Source: an uncultured Verrucomicrobiae bacterium
Lineage (GTDB): Bacteria > Verrucomicrobiota > Verrucomicrobiia > Chthoniobacterales > JAFAMB01
Length of the DNA: 64,000 nt
Direction of reading: 5' to 3'
Assembly: GCA_963837955.1 (NCBI GenBank)
Contig: CAWIPH010000002.1
Location: 1,440,001 to 1,504,000 of the forward strand
Shown: positions 49,413 through 60,137 of the stretch, one piece after another
Layout of the letters: each line of letters begins with the position of its first letter
How positions within the stretch are numbered: the stretch's first letter is position 1
Position numbers and translations under genes: made by a program
Notes under the pieces: model-generated
Seen by the model: the letters and a program-made list of their open reading frames with translations, nothing else
The model's database searches: none
What the model was told of the DNA's origin: nothing

Positions 49413-50420
49413 TTATGGCTTATAAATCTGATCAAAAACGCCGTCGTCAGCGAAAAACTTAGGTTGTGCCTTTTTCCAGCCTCCAAAGAGATCGTCGACC
49501 GTGAATAGCGAAACCTTGGAAAACTTGTCTGCGTATTTTTGAGCTACCTGTGGGTCGGTCGGCCGGTAGAAGTTCTTTGCGGCGATTTCCTGGCCCTCCG
49601 AAGTGTAAAGGTACTCCAAGTAGGCTGTGGCCACGGCTCGGGTTCCTTTTTTGTCCACGACCTTGTCAACTACTGTGACAGGTGGCTCAGCCAGAATGCT
49701 GATCGACGGATTTACCATCTCAAATTTGTCTGCGCCGAACTCTTTCAGACTGAGAAAGCCTTCGTTTTCCCACGCGATTAAGACGTCTCCGACCTCCCGT
49801 TGGGCAAATGTAGTGGTTGATCCGCGCGCTCCCGAATCAAGCACCGGTACATTCTGGTAAAGCTTGGTAATAAACTCCTTCGCTTTCGCCTCATCGTTCC
49901 CGTTGGTCTTCAGCGCATAACCCCACGCTGCGAGGAAGTTCCATCTCCCACCGCTCGAAGTTTTTGGGTTGGGCGTTATGACTTGAACCCCATTCTTGAT
50001 GAGGTCATTCCAGTCTTTGATGCCCTTTGGATTACCTTTCCGCACCAGAAAATTAATGGTTGAGGTATACGGCGAACTATTGTGCGGGAGCCTCTTCTGC
50101 CAATCAGCCACGACGAGGTCGCCATGATCGTGCAAAGAATCGATGTCAGCCGCCAGCCCCAAGGTTACGACGTCGGCCTCCAATCCGTCGATCACTGACC
50201 GAGCCTGCTTGCCGGAGCCGCCATGCGATTGCTCGATGACCACTTGGTCGCCGGTCTTCGCCTGATAAGACTTGGCGAACGCTTGATTAAATTCTTCGTA
50301 AAACTCCCGGGTTGGATCGTACGAAACATTTAGCAAATGAATGGTAGCTGCCGGCGCCGAACTGATGAGCGCCGCGGCGAAAGAGAAAAGTGCAAACGAA
50401 CGGTGGATGGAGGAAGTCAT
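49413..50420 (-). CDS. sbp: Sulfate-binding periplasmic protein
   Basis: [46 protein letters not shown]. Confidence 0.95.
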   Translation of the reverse strand: MTSSIHRSFALFSFAAALISSAPAATIHLLNVSYDPTREFYEEFNQAFAKSYQAKTGDQVVIEQSHGGSGKQARSVIDGLEADVVTLGLAADIDSLHDHGDLVVADWQKRLPHNSSPYTSTINFLVRKGNPKGIKDWNDLIKNGVQVITPNPKTSSGGRWNFLAAWGYALKTNGNDEAKAKEFITKLYQNVPVLDSGARGSTTTFAQREVGDVLIAWENEGFLSLKEFGADKFEMVNPSISILAEPPVTVVDKVVDKKGTRAVATAYLEYLYTSEGQEIAAKNFYRPTDPQVAQKYADKFSKVSLFTVDDLFGGWKKAQPKFFADDGVFDQIYKP

Positions 50421-50629
50421 AACCCTACTTAAGACATCGGGATTAAAAGCATACAAAAATCGGGGAGTAAAGGGGAAACGCCCAGTCTCCAGCGGTGAGC
50501 CAGGGACAGACCAACGGGCGGGAAGCTTAACTAGTAGGAGATGCTGCCGAGGTGCAGAGCGCCAATGACCGCCCAAATCCTAGGCGAGCCATCCAATGTC
50601 TGCCCAGCCGCCGCCTCTTTTGGGCAACG

Positions 50630-51184
50630 TCAGCTCTGGATCTTGCTACGCTCGCCGTTTGTTCGCGGCGTTGCCAGGGTGCTCTCGGAACTCTTGGACC
50701 GGGCGACCGGCATGGAATCAGCCGAAAAAGGAAGCGGAAAATTGTCGCGCCGCATTTTCCGCAAAGTGACTTCCACGACATCCGCCAAGGAGAAACGGTC
50801 GAGAATGTTCGAGATTGCGTTGCGCACGTCGAGCATGACCATCCGAAGACCACAATGTTCCTCATCGGGGCAGGTGCAACGTTCATAAGCGACCTGGCTA
50901 ACACAATTGATCGGAGCCAGCGGCCCATCAATCAGGCGCACGACCTGTCCGATCTGAATATCCTCAGGGCGGCGAGCAAGTAAGTAACCACCGTGTTTGC
51001 CCCGCCTGCTTTCCAGGTATCCCGCAGCTTTCAGCTGCATCAGAATCTGTTCGAGAAACTTGACCGGTAGCTCCTCTTTCGCGGCCAGCTGATTCACCTG
51101 CAGCAGCGGTTTACCCATTGATTGAGCTAGCCCAAAATCGATCAATGCCCGGAGGGCGTATTCGCCCCGTTTCGAAAGTTTCAC
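50630..51184 (-). CDS. Rrf2 family transcriptional regulator (CymR/IscR-like)
   Basis: YALRAL, FLEQIL, SRRGKHGGYLL, DGPLAP.NC...C.C....C; directly upstream of the sulfate operon. Confidence 0.92.
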   Translation of the reverse strand: MKLSKRGEYALRALIDFGLAQSMGKPLLQVNQLAAKEELPVKFLEQILMQLKAAGYLESRRGKHGGYLLARRPEDIQIGQVVRLIDGPLAPINCVSQVAYERCTCPDEEHCGLRMVMLDVRNAISNILDRFSLADVVEVTLRKMRRDNFPLPFSADSMPVARSKSSESTLATPRTNGERSKIQS

Positions 51185-51192
51185 AGCTCGCG

Positions 51193-51221
51193 AGTGTAGA
51201 GCGGGGCGTAGGCAAACTCAA
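51193..51221 (-). promoter_or_regulatory. Putative sigma70 promoter of the Rrf2 gene (near-leaderless)
   Basis: TTGAGT-N17-TACACT on the minus strand, 8 nt before the GTG. Confidence 0.55.
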
Positions 51222-51282
51222 ATCAATGTGTACGTTAATCAGCGTGAATGTCATCCGTGCCGTACACAGGCGGAGTTTATTG

Positions 51283-51299
51283 TTGCAAACAAGTTGCAA
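51283..51299. promoter_or_regulatory. Palindromic operator, probable Zur/Fur-family box
   Basis: TTGCAA-ACAAG-TTGCAA 17 nt upstream of the metal SBP start, in AT-rich context. Confidence 0.6.
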
Positions 51300-51316
51300 A
51301 TAAATCACTTTCACCG

Positions 51317-52213
51317 ATGAGGTTTGCTCGACTTCTACTTTCCGCCTGCCTCTTCTCCAACTTCATAGTCTCTCACGCCAAGGCCGACGATAATCTGGTC
51401 GTCGCTAGTTTTTCTACGATCTTGACTGAAATAGGCCAGAGGGTAGGAGGTAACGAAGTGACAGTGACTGCTTTGATCCAACCCGGGCAGGATCCTCACG
51501 AGTTTCAGCTCAGCCCGAGTGATCTCCAAGCGGTCAGCAGAGCGCGATTGGTCCTCACTTCTGGAAAAAACCTCGAGCGCTACTTCAATAATTTACGTGA
51601 CGCAACGAAAGCAGATTTGCTTCCGGTCGGCGACCACTTACCCGGTTTGAAAATGCCGGCTGGATCCGATAATGAGACGTCGAAGAGCGGGTTCGTCGAA
51701 GACCCGCATTGGTGGAACAGCGTGCCAAACGTTGAAAAAGCTGCGATTAACGTACGTGACGAACTGATAAAGCTCGATCCGGGCCACGCCGATGAGTATC
51801 GGGCCAACGCGCAATCCTACTTGGCAGAGCTCCAGCAACTTAACGACTGGGTGAAGCGGAAAGTAGCCGAGTTACCCCGAGACCGAAGGAAGCTGGTTAC
51901 CTCCCACGACGCTTTCCAATACTTCGCGAAAGAGTACGGGTTTCAGATCTTCTCTATCGAAGGGTTGAGTACAGAGGATGAACCTTCACTCCGCCATGTG
52001 TCGGAGTTGATTGACCAGATCCGAAAACAGCACGTAAAAGCGATTTTTATCGAAAACGCTTTGAACCCGAAAGTGAGTGTCGAGATTACCCGCGAAAGCG
52101 GGGCCAAGATTGGGGGAACTCTTTACGCCGATGGACTTGGAACCGGAGATGCCGCGACCTACCAGGGGATGATAAAGCATAACGTGGAGACCATTGTCGA
52201 TGCGCTGAAATGA
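51317..52213 (+). CDS. Zn/Mn ABC transporter substrate-binding protein (ZnuA/TroA family)
   Basis: DPHEF, DPHWW, TSHDAFQYF, LYADGL. Confidence 0.92.
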   Translation: MRFARLLLSACLFSNFIVSHAKADDNLVVASFSTILTEIGQRVGGNEVTVTALIQPGQDPHEFQLSPSDLQAVSRARLVLTSGKNLERYFNNLRDATKADLLPVGDHLPGLKMPAGSDNETSKSGFVEDPHWWNSVPNVEKAAINVRDELIKLDPGHADEYRANAQSYLAELQQLNDWVKRKVAELPRDRRKLVTSHDAFQYFAKEYGFQIFSIEGLSTEDEPSLRHVSELIDQIRKQHVKAIFIENALNPKVSVEITRESGAKIGGTLYADGLGTGDAATYQGMIKHNVETIVDALK

Positions 52214-52641
52214 GAGGTTCGCCGCTCCTGCAACTACTCGGATTGGTGATCGTGCTAGGGCTGCTCGTTTTTCCACTGCGCTATCTAACCTCTGCGGCGC
52301 GAAATGAACCGCCGCTGGCCAACTCAGACGCCGCTACCTCAAACACCAAATCGATTGAGCTGAAACTGGTTTCCTCAACAGTCCCGTACACTTTTGACAT
52401 TCAGTTCTTAGGTAAACCGCTCTGGACGGGCACAGCGGAGCGATCGATCGAAACTAGGTCCGTCCAAATCCCGTTCCCAGCGGAAGGCGTTGACCTAACT
52501 GTCCAGGTACATTGGAGCAAAGCCGGTATGGCGGCTCTCCAACTCACGGTGACTCCACCCGATCAACCTCCGCTGTCCCAAACCCTTTGGGGAGACGGAG
52601 AAGTGAGCGACACGATCACATTTAAAGAAGGGTCGCAATAG
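52210..52641 (+). CDS. Membrane-anchored hypothetical protein inside the metal ABC operon
   Basis: ATGA overlap with the SBP gene; N-terminal TM helix, beta-rich remainder. Confidence 0.7.
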   Translation: MRGSPLLQLLGLVIVLGLLVFPLRYLTSAARNEPPLANSDAATSNTKSIELKLVSSTVPYTFDIQFLGKPLWTGTAERSIETRSVQIPFPAEGVDLTVQVHWSKAGMAALQLTVTPPDQPPLSQTLWGDGEVSDTITFKEGSQ

Positions 52642-52645
52642 CTAG

Positions 52646-53392
52646 ATGAATGACACGCTTGACCACGTCCTACGGATCAAAGATCTCACCGTGAGTTATC
52701 GACGGGTTCCTGCGGTGCATCACGTCAACATCGACCTCCATTGCGGAAGATGCGTTGGACTGTTGGGGCCAAACGGTGCAGGTAAGACTTCGCTTCTGAA
52801 AGCGGTCGCTGGTCTGGTTCCGCTTGAGACCGGAACGATCGAAATTGGCGGACACGATGGAAGCGCGAATCATGGCGCATATGTGGCCTATCTTCCGCAG
52901 CGCTCAGCGATTGATTGGGACTTTCCCACAACGGTGTGTGGTCTGGTAGAGATGGGGCGTTATCCTGCGTTAAGCTGGTGGAGGCCGTTCGGAGAGAAAG
53001 ACCGTGCGGTCGTGCACAAGGCGTTGAGTGCGATGAAGCTGAGCGACCTGGCGGATCGGCAAATTAGTGCCTTATCCGGTGGCCAGCAGCAGCGAGCATT
53101 TCTCGCTCGATCGCTCGCCCAAAACGCACACGTGTTCTTGCTGGACGAGCCGTTCGCTGGATTAGATAAACCCTCTCAAGATCTATTTGGAGAGATCCTG
53201 CGGGATCTCGCGCGGGCGGGTAACCTGGTCATCGTCTCCCACCACGATTTGCGGATGGTCCCGTACTTGTTTGACGAAGTCATTTTCCTGAATGGCGAGC
53301 TTGTGGCTTACGGACCGACCGATGTCGTCTTTAATGACGAGAATCGCATCCGCACCTTTGGGACCGAAACCTTTTCCGGGCAGCCCGCGTGA
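52646..53392 (+). CDS. Zn/Mn ABC ATP-binding protein
   Basis: [32 protein letters not shown]. Confidence 0.92.
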   Translation: MNDTLDHVLRIKDLTVSYRRVPAVHHVNIDLHCGRCVGLLGPNGAGKTSLLKAVAGLVPLETGTIEIGGHDGSANHGAYVAYLPQRSAIDWDFPTTVCGLVEMGRYPALSWWRPFGEKDRAVVHKALSAMKLSDLADRQISALSGGQQQRAFLARSLAQNAHVFLLDEPFAGLDKPSQDLFGEILRDLARAGNLVIVSHHDLRMVPYLFDEVIFLNGELVAYGPTDVVFNDENRIRTFGTETFSGQPA

Positions 53393-54297
53393 ATTTCCAT
53401 TCGTTTCTTCGAACTCTGCAAGAGTTCCAGATTCAGCGAGCGCTTTTCGGTGCCATCCTGATCGGTTTTACCAACGGCGTTTTGAGCGTGTTCATCGTCA
53501 TCCGCCGGCTTTCCTTGATGGCAGACGCGATCTCCCACTCTTTGCTACCCGGGTTAGCGATCGCTCTCATTTTATTTGGGACATCGCCCTCGACCCTATT
53601 CATCGGCGCGATCATCGCTTCGGCTTTAGTTGCGTTCGGCACTCAGGTCATCTCAAATAGTTCGCGGATCAAGGAAGACACTGCCCTGGGTCTACTGTTT
53701 GCCTGTTCGTTTTCGTTGGGCCAAGCGCTCTTAAAGTACTCGCCGGTGCACATAGCGATCTCTGATTATCTCTTCGGTAATATTTTAGGTCTGAGCGATG
53801 GCGATCTGATCCTGATCTACGGCGTGAGTTGCGTGTTGCTGCCGGCTCTCGTCTTACTCCAGCGACCGTTTCTATTGATGCTGTTTGAGCCCTCGGTTGC
53901 CGCGACCCAAGGAGTTCCGGTTCATATCCTCAAATACGCGCTGATGGGCATCCTGGTCCTGGCGATGACTTCGTCGCTGCAAGCAGTGGGTATTATCCTG
54001 GCACTCGGAACCCTCATCGCGCCGGCAGCGACTGTTTATCTCTTTGTGGACTCATTTCCGACGCTCTTTTGGGCGAGCGGGTTTCTGGGTGCGATTGGAT
54101 CGGCTGTTGGGCTGTTGGTCTCTGCTCTAACCGATTTGCCAGCCGGAGCCTGTATCGTGCTGGTGCTGGGTCTCTTTTTCTTTATCGCCTACCTCTTCAG
54201 CCCGAAATACGGGCTGCTCCGAAAGCTCCGCAAAGGGCATTTCCATGAGCAATCCTTGGCCCGCTGGAAAGAGAGCACCCGTCCGAGCGAACGTTGA
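53389..54297 (+). CDS. Zn/Mn ABC permease
   Basis: DAISHSLLPG, YLFGNIL, QAVGIIL. Confidence 0.92.
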   Translation: MNFHSFLRTLQEFQIQRALFGAILIGFTNGVLSVFIVIRRLSLMADAISHSLLPGLAIALILFGTSPSTLFIGAIIASALVAFGTQVISNSSRIKEDTALGLLFACSFSLGQALLKYSPVHIAISDYLFGNILGLSDGDLILIYGVSCVLLPALVLLQRPFLLMLFEPSVAATQGVPVHILKYALMGILVLAMTSSLQAVGIILALGTLIAPAATVYLFVDSFPTLFWASGFLGAIGSAVGLLVSALTDLPAGACIVLVLGLFFFIAYLFSPKYGLLRKLRKGHFHEQSLARWKESTRPSER

Positions 54298-54402
54298 GAA
54301 CTGGAATGCGGTCGAGCTTAGCCCCAGAATGATTTTCTAGGCAACGGCGCCGGCTGCTGCCATAACCTTGATTTGAAAGATTCCAATTAGTGGAATAAGC
54401 AA

Positions 54403-55527
54403 ATGCGAAATTTAACTCCCCAGACTATGAACCATCCCCCTGTTAGAGGAAGTATCTCACTCGACGCACCTCTTTCTTCCGGCGAATTGAGTGCCGCCGG
54501 AAGCAAGATTTACAGCTGGGCAAAGCAAATCGGTCGATCAGACCGATGGCGATTGCCGATGGCTTTTCTCCTTTGTCTTCTCGCTCTGTCGATGTCATTC
54601 GCGCAGAAGGCCCAGGCGCAAGAGAAGAAAAAATACACAATCGCGCTGATCCCTGGTCTCACGACCGATGCGTTCTACATTACCATGCACAAAGGTGCGA
54701 AAGCAGCAGCCGACGCGCTCGGAGCTGAGTTGGTCTTTCAGGGCGCCCCCGAGTTCAACCCTGTGCAACAGGTGCCGGTCCTCAATGCGATCATCGGACG
54801 GAAAGTGGACGCTATTCTCATCGCTCCCACCGACAAAGGACAGCTAGTGGGTCCGCTCAAGAAGGCTGAGGACAGCGGAATTCCGGTAATTACCGTCGAT
54901 ACGTTTATCGGCGATGGACATTACCAAACAGGCAGCGGGGATGCGGATTTCCCGCTTTCTTATATTGCGTCGGACAACGTTTTGGGAGGCGAAATTGCCG
55001 CCAAAGCACTGGCCAAGGCGATCGGTGACAAAGGCAAAGTTTATGTTTCCAATGTGAAGCCGAACATTTCGACTACTGATCAACGGGAGCAAGGCTTTAA
55101 GCAGGAAATGAAAAAGCACCCGAACATCACCGTCCTCGAAACTCAGTTCAACGACGACGATGCGAACAAGGCGGCTTCTCAATTTGCATCGGTGTACGCG
55201 CGAACTCCGGACCTCGCTGGAGTGTTCGGCGCCAATCTCTTTTCCGCTACCGGTGCTGCCAATGGCGTGAAACAAGCCAATGCCAAAGGGAAGGTCAGAG
55301 TCGTTGCCTTTGATGCCCCTACTTCGATGATCGATGATATCAAGGCTGGGAACATCGATATCGCGATCGCCCAGCATCCGGCCGAGATTGGATTTTACGG
55401 AGTAGTGACCGCTTATGCGCATCTAACCGGGCAATCCGTACCTCCGCTGATCGGCACCGGATTCACCGTTATTGACAAGACCAACATCGATGACCCGAAA
55501 GTGAAGAAGTTCATTTACTCGGACTAA
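54403..55527 (+). CDS. Sugar ABC substrate-binding protein (RbsB-like; start may be later)
   Basis: DAFYITM, IPVITVD, IASDN, REQGF, VVAFD, IAQHP. Confidence 0.9.
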   Translation: MRNLTPQTMNHPPVRGSISLDAPLSSGELSAAGSKIYSWAKQIGRSDRWRLPMAFLLCLLALSMSFAQKAQAQEKKKYTIALIPGLTTDAFYITMHKGAKAAADALGAELVFQGAPEFNPVQQVPVLNAIIGRKVDAILIAPTDKGQLVGPLKKAEDSGIPVITVDTFIGDGHYQTGSGDADFPLSYIASDNVLGGEIAAKALAKAIGDKGKVYVSNVKPNISTTDQREQGFKQEMKKHPNITVLETQFNDDDANKAASQFASVYARTPDLAGVFGANLFSATGAANGVKQANAKGKVRVVAFDAPTSMIDDIKAGNIDIAIAQHPAEIGFYGVVTAYAHLTGQSVPPLIGTGFTVIDKTNIDDPKVKKFIYSD

Positions 55528-55743
55528 GATGCGGTCCAACGGGCCTGTCCGCCATAGTCCCGCGAACGCCGGACGGAGGAGGAAGCCTCAGTTGTTGTTA
55601 ATTTGAATGTGTACAATTGGCGCAGTTGGAAGCCGGACAACCGAATGCTCGTGCACCTAAGATTTGGCGCACGAGCTGTTTGGCCCTTGCTCCTGCCCAA
55701 AATTTAAATTTCCTGTCTGATTAGAAAGAAACTGATTGCCTCA

Positions 55744-56778
55744 GTGAACTCAATTCCCCTTGAAGAAACCACTGGCGAACGCATCGGTCGGAGTGGAGCT
55801 TTCCGATACTGGTTAGCCTCTGCGCGAGCGTGGATCTTTTTGATTGTTCTGGTGGTCGGTTTCGAGGTCTGGGCGCACTTTGCCTATAATACCAGCTTCG
55901 TTCTGAATCCTTATAACGCGCAATCGATCGCGGTGTTCGCGGTCGGTCCGCTCTTGTTGGCGTTGGGCCAGACGTTCGTTGTCATATCGGGCGGAATCGA
56001 CCTATCGGTCGGATTCACGATGGGCCTCGCAGCCGTGGTATTCTCGAAGATTTTGAACCTGACGAGAGACTCGCTGGGTGAACCTGGGAGTTTCGTCGTT
56101 GCGGCAATTGTCGCTTTAGCGGCTTCAGCTATTCCAGGCCTCATCAACGGCCTGCTTATTGCGCGCCTGCGAATCCCTCCTTTCATTGGAACGCTCGGGA
56201 TGTACGGCGTTGCTCGCGGCATTGCTTATTTGTTGGCTGGCGGAACAACGGTACCGATCAGTAACTCGATCGTTTCGTTTGTCGGTAACGGCACCCTTTT
56301 CGAATTACCGATGACCGTATTGATCACTATCATCCTGACCGGTGTGATGATGTTTCTTCTTTCTCAGAGCCGTTTTGGTCAGCACACCTATGCGATTGGC
56401 GGCAACCGCCAGGCCTCTCTCCGCGCGGGAATCAATGTCTCTCGCAATACGATTGCACTTTACGTTCTGTCCGCCCTCACCGCCGGCATCGGAGGTATAC
56501 TTTACACCGCCCGTTTTTCGGCAGGCGCAGCCCAGGCTGGTGAACCGCTTCTGCTCGATAGCATCGCTGCGGTCGTGATTGGCGGGGCGAGTCTTTTCGG
56601 TGGATCAGGAACAATTACCGGCACGATCATCGGGGCCCTGATTATTGCCATTATTCAGTACGGGTTGGTCTTTGTGAATGTAGAACCGTTCTGGCAATTT
56701 GTGGCGGTCGGTATCGTGATCATAATCTCTGTCCTGGTCGATCAAACGCAGAAACAATTAGGTGGAGTTGAGGCTTGA
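55744..56778 (+). CDS. Sugar ABC permease (RbsC-like)
   Basis: GGIDLSVG, IPPFIGTLG, YAIGGN, IAAVVIGGASL.GG.G. Confidence 0.92.
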   Translation: MNSIPLEETTGERIGRSGAFRYWLASARAWIFLIVLVVGFEVWAHFAYNTSFVLNPYNAQSIAVFAVGPLLLALGQTFVVISGGIDLSVGFTMGLAAVVFSKILNLTRDSLGEPGSFVVAAIVALAASAIPGLINGLLIARLRIPPFIGTLGMYGVARGIAYLLAGGTTVPISNSIVSFVGNGTLFELPMTVLITIILTGVMMFLLSQSRFGQHTYAIGGNRQASLRAGINVSRNTIALYVLSALTAGIGGILYTARFSAGAAQAGEPLLLDSIAAVVIGGASLFGGSGTITGTIIGALIIAIIQYGLVFVNVEPFWQFVAVGIVIIISVLVDQTQKQLGGVEA

Positions 56779-57518
56779 TGAGTGAGCAGCCTATCTTGAA
56801 GGTTCAAGGTGTTTCCAAACGTTTCGGAGGCGTTCATGCCCTCGAGAATGTCTCACTTGAGCTTTACCCAGGCGAAGTCCTGGCCTTAGCCGGCGACAAC
56901 GGTGCCGGAAAGTCTACACTGATTAAGATTATTTCCGGAGTTCACCACCCGGATGAAGGGGCTATCTGGTACAATGGAAGTGAAGTGCGGTTCGAGAATC
57001 CACAAGCGGCCCGAGAACACGGAATCGAGACGATTTACCAAGACCTGGCCTTGGCTGATAATCTGGATGTCGGCGCAAATGTGTTTCTCGGTCGCGAACC
57101 GCTTAAGCGGGTGTTCGGATTTCCAGTGCTTGATCGGAAACAGATGCGGACCCAAGCCGCTGCAGCGTTACGGGTTCTCGATATTCAAATCCATCGGTTT
57201 GATCTGCCAATTCGCTCACTTTCCGGTGGCCAACGTCAGGCTGTCGCAATTGGAAGAGCGATCCATTGGAAGGCCAAGATCTTGATCATGGATGAACCAA
57301 CCGCTGCGCTCGGTGTACCGGAGCAGCGCAAAGTCATCGCGCTGATTAAGAGCCTGAAGCAAAGCGGCGTCGGCGTAATCTTCATCTCGCATAACTTGGT
57401 CGATATTTTTGCAGTTAGCGACCGTATCGTCGTTTTGCGTCGCGGCATCAAAGCGGGCGAACGCCCCGCTGCTGACACTAGCTCCGACGAGATTGTCCGG
57501 CTGATGGTAGGAGGCTGA
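56775..57518 (+). CDS. Sugar ABC ATP-binding protein (single domain)
   Basis: GDNGAGKS, LSGGQRQ, DEPTAALG, ISHN. Confidence 0.92.
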   Translation: MMSEQPILKVQGVSKRFGGVHALENVSLELYPGEVLALAGDNGAGKSTLIKIISGVHHPDEGAIWYNGSEVRFENPQAAREHGIETIYQDLALADNLDVGANVFLGREPLKRVFGFPVLDRKQMRTQAAAALRVLDIQIHRFDLPIRSLSGGQRQAVAIGRAIHWKAKILIMDEPTAALGVPEQRKVIALIKSLKQSGVGVIFISHNLVDIFAVSDRIVVLRRGIKAGERPAADTSSDEIVRLMVGG

Positions 57519-57532
57519 GGCAGAGAGCCAAT

Positions 57533-57567
57533 TTGCTATCTGCTATTTGCTATCTGTTATTTGCTAT
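57533..57567. repeat. Heptamer tandem repeat (YTGCTAT x5)
   Basis: TTGCTAT CTGCTAT TTGCTAT CTGTTAT TTGCTAT. Confidence 0.85.
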
Positions 57568-57580
57568 CCGAGCCTTTCCG

Positions 57581-57955
57581 GTGAGCGATATCCAAGATTT
57601 CCCCTACGATACTCGGCTTAATGTTTTGCACCCTGCGCTGGAACTCATAGACGAAAAGGCGCTTTCCGACTCGAGTGCGCCCTGGTTCAACCAAACGCTC
57701 TGCCGGGTCAATGAATCGGTCGTCCGGGTCGGCGTGATCCAGGGCGAGTATCATTGGCACAAGCACGACAAAGACGACGAATTCTTTTATGTGGTCGAAG
57801 GTGAGCTGTTGATCGATCTGGAGGGCCGGACGGTTGAGCTCTCGCCTAGACAAGGATTTGTCCTACCGAAAGGTGTGCTGCATCGAACCCGAGCGCCGAA
57901 ACGAACAGTCATCCTAATGGTCGAAAACGCGGGTATTATCCCGACCGGAGATTAG
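57581..57955 (+). CDS. Cupin domain protein
   Basis: GEYHWHKH..DDEFFYVVEG and PKGVLHRT; GTG start at 57581. Confidence 0.88.
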   Translation: MSDIQDFPYDTRLNVLHPALELIDEKALSDSSAPWFNQTLCRVNESVVRVGVIQGEYHWHKHDKDDEFFYVVEGELLIDLEGRTVELSPRQGFVLPKGVLHRTRAPKRTVILMVENAGIIPTGD

Positions 57956-58002
57956 GCCGGTCAGTGACGAGCTGCTGTTCTGAGTGCTCCGCGGACGCAG
58001 GT

Positions 58003-58979
58003 CTACGGGCAACACTTGTCGATTTTGGCGTATAGCCTCATCTTCTCCATCATACAGTTCGCGATGACGGCGAAGGAATTGAGCGCTTGCTGCTGGACCG
58101 GCGAAAAGTGATGCGGCTTTCGGTCGGCTACACACATCGCCCCGATGGCAACGCGGTCCCGAGTAAAAAGGGGTACGCCGGCATAAAAGCGAAACTCTAG
58201 GTCCTCCGTGACAGCCGGATGATTGCGCCATTTCTTATCTCGTTTTGCGTTTTCAATCACAATGGGAAATCGCGCGGTGGCTACATGTGCGCAAATGGAG
58301 CAGGCCAGCGGCATCTCGGACTTGGCGCATCCGTAATGCGAAGCGAACCATTGTCGATCACGGTCAATAAGCGTGATCATCGACCTGTCTGTGCCGAAAT
58401 TCGTTGCCGCGAGTTCTGTCAGGGCATGAAAGGCGGCGCGGGGACGAGCGAGTCGAAGATCGCATACTCCTGCAGCGCGTCGTGGCTGCGCTGAGCGGTT
58501 TGCCGAATAGTAGACTCATCAAACGGAAAATCGGTGCGCCCCAAGTTGTGCGCAGGGTAAGCGGCCAAAGGTCGATTTCGGCGGCTAAGAGCCGGGCGGT
58601 TGGAAAAATGCAGTTCATTTCCGTCCAGGTCGAGGGCGCAGAAGTTATGCAAACCAAAAGGTTTGCTAGTCAGCTGCTCCCTCATCTCAACTCCGCGTGT
58701 CCGTAAGCGGTCGTGAAGAAACACGGCATCCGTGCAAAATAGATTAACGGCAGAACGTTGAACGCCGAGTTTGCTGGCTTGCTTCAGGGTAAGGCGCGTT
58801 CCTTCCAAAGCCAATTGCACGGAAGTATGGCCCTGCTCAAGCCACTCAAACCCTAGCTTTTTGACATAATACTCGGCAGCCGCCGCGAGATCGCCGACAA
58901 AGAGCTCGGCCGACTCGGTCTCGGGCTTCCGTCCCCCTCCGGCCGAACCAGCCAAGGAGGATTTCTCTCTCGCGGCCAT
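58003..58979 (-). pseudogene. VOC/glyoxalase-GAF fusion interrupted by a frameshift near 58430-58450
   Basis: VOC motifs (YYVKKLGF, KPFGLHNF..LDLDGNEL), then GAF start ALQEYAIFDS in one frame; AAFHALTELAA...ITLIDRDRQWF...RFYAGVPL continues in the adjacent frame. Confidence 0.75.
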
Positions 58980-59220
58980 AGCCTGTAGGATTCGGCTAAA
59001 CCAGAGAAATCTTTAAAGTAATTTGGAAGACATTTTGCGGCTCGGTCAGCAAAACTCACTCGTGAGCCCTGCGGTTGGGGCGTCCAGACAATGAAGCGGT
59101 GAGGGGTTGGTTCGCTTTATAAGCTCAAAAAGCAACAATGCACCAACCCCGGATATACCAACCGTTTTAATCGAATTAGGCAGTGAAGGCCGCGAATTGA
59201 TTCGAAAGACACCCATGAAC

Positions 59221-59288
59221 GGTAGGGCGAAACAGTCCGGCCGACGCACGCGTGACAGACGGAGAGGCTAATCGCCGGACTGTGAGCC
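59221..59288 (+). repeat. Family A REP unit
   Basis: GGTAGGGCGAAA-CAGTCCGGC...GCCGGACTG-TGAGCC. Confidence 0.7.
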
Positions 59289-59493
59289 TCGACGCATTAA
59301 CGAACAAAATCAGCCTGGCTACTTGCTCCGCCAGCGCCTGGAAGATTTAGCAGATCTGAAAGCTGGCACCGGGTGCGCGTCGATCAAACGGAGACGCACC
59401 CTGATGCCTGAAGTCGGGCGTGCCCACGAGACTCCTATTGAACGATCGTCCCCGGTAAGACTGGTGGACTGGCCGAAGTGTTGAAATCGCCGG

Positions 59494-59826
59494 TCAACTC
59501 GCGGCTGAAGAGCCCTTCTTTTCGTGAGTGATCGGCCTTCTGACGATCCAGGCCTTGCATCCATCGTCTACGACCAGCGCCGGTTCTCCGAGTTTCGTGG
59601 AATCGCCAACCTTAGCAATCGTCTCCGAATGGTAAGGGAAGTATGATTGTGAACCGAAGAAGTTTTGCTGCTCTGCCAGTTGCTTGGCGATGTCAAAGGC
59701 GCGGGCGTTCGGAGAAATTTTCTGCTCGTTGATCTTGGCCATAATCTCCTCCGATATCTCAACGATGATCACGAGCCGCTGAGCATTGGGTCTCATACCT
59801 TGGGAGAACTCTACCCGGATATTCAT
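59494..59826 (-). CDS. Hypothetical protein
   Basis: 110-aa ORF with ATG preceded by GAGG; protein-like composition. Confidence 0.5.
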   Translation of the reverse strand: MNIRVEFSQGMRPNAQRLVIIVEISEEIMAKINEQKISPNARAFDIAKQLAEQQNFFGSQSYFPYHSETIAKVGDSTKLGEPALVVDDGCKAWIVRRPITHEKKGSSAAS

Positions 59827-60137
59827 TTTGCCTCGGAGACAACCTTCTGATCTGCTACCTGCATACGTTGAGCCTCACGCTTCTTTCGCTTCCCAAAACT
59901 CCTGGTCGCGACGACTGCGGCAATGCCCGTGAAACGCAGTCTCGTCCTAGTGCGATAAAGGCATCCAAGGTACGCAACCTTGTAATGTAATCTATTTGGT
60001 GGCCTGCCGCACCGAAGAGAATGAACTTCATCCGGTACTAAAGGCCGGAAATCCGAATTGTCAGGCGAAAAGAAATATCTGGAGGAAGGCGGGCATGCGC
60101 CAATCCATATCGCTGCCGTGGAGAATGAGGTGCGCTG

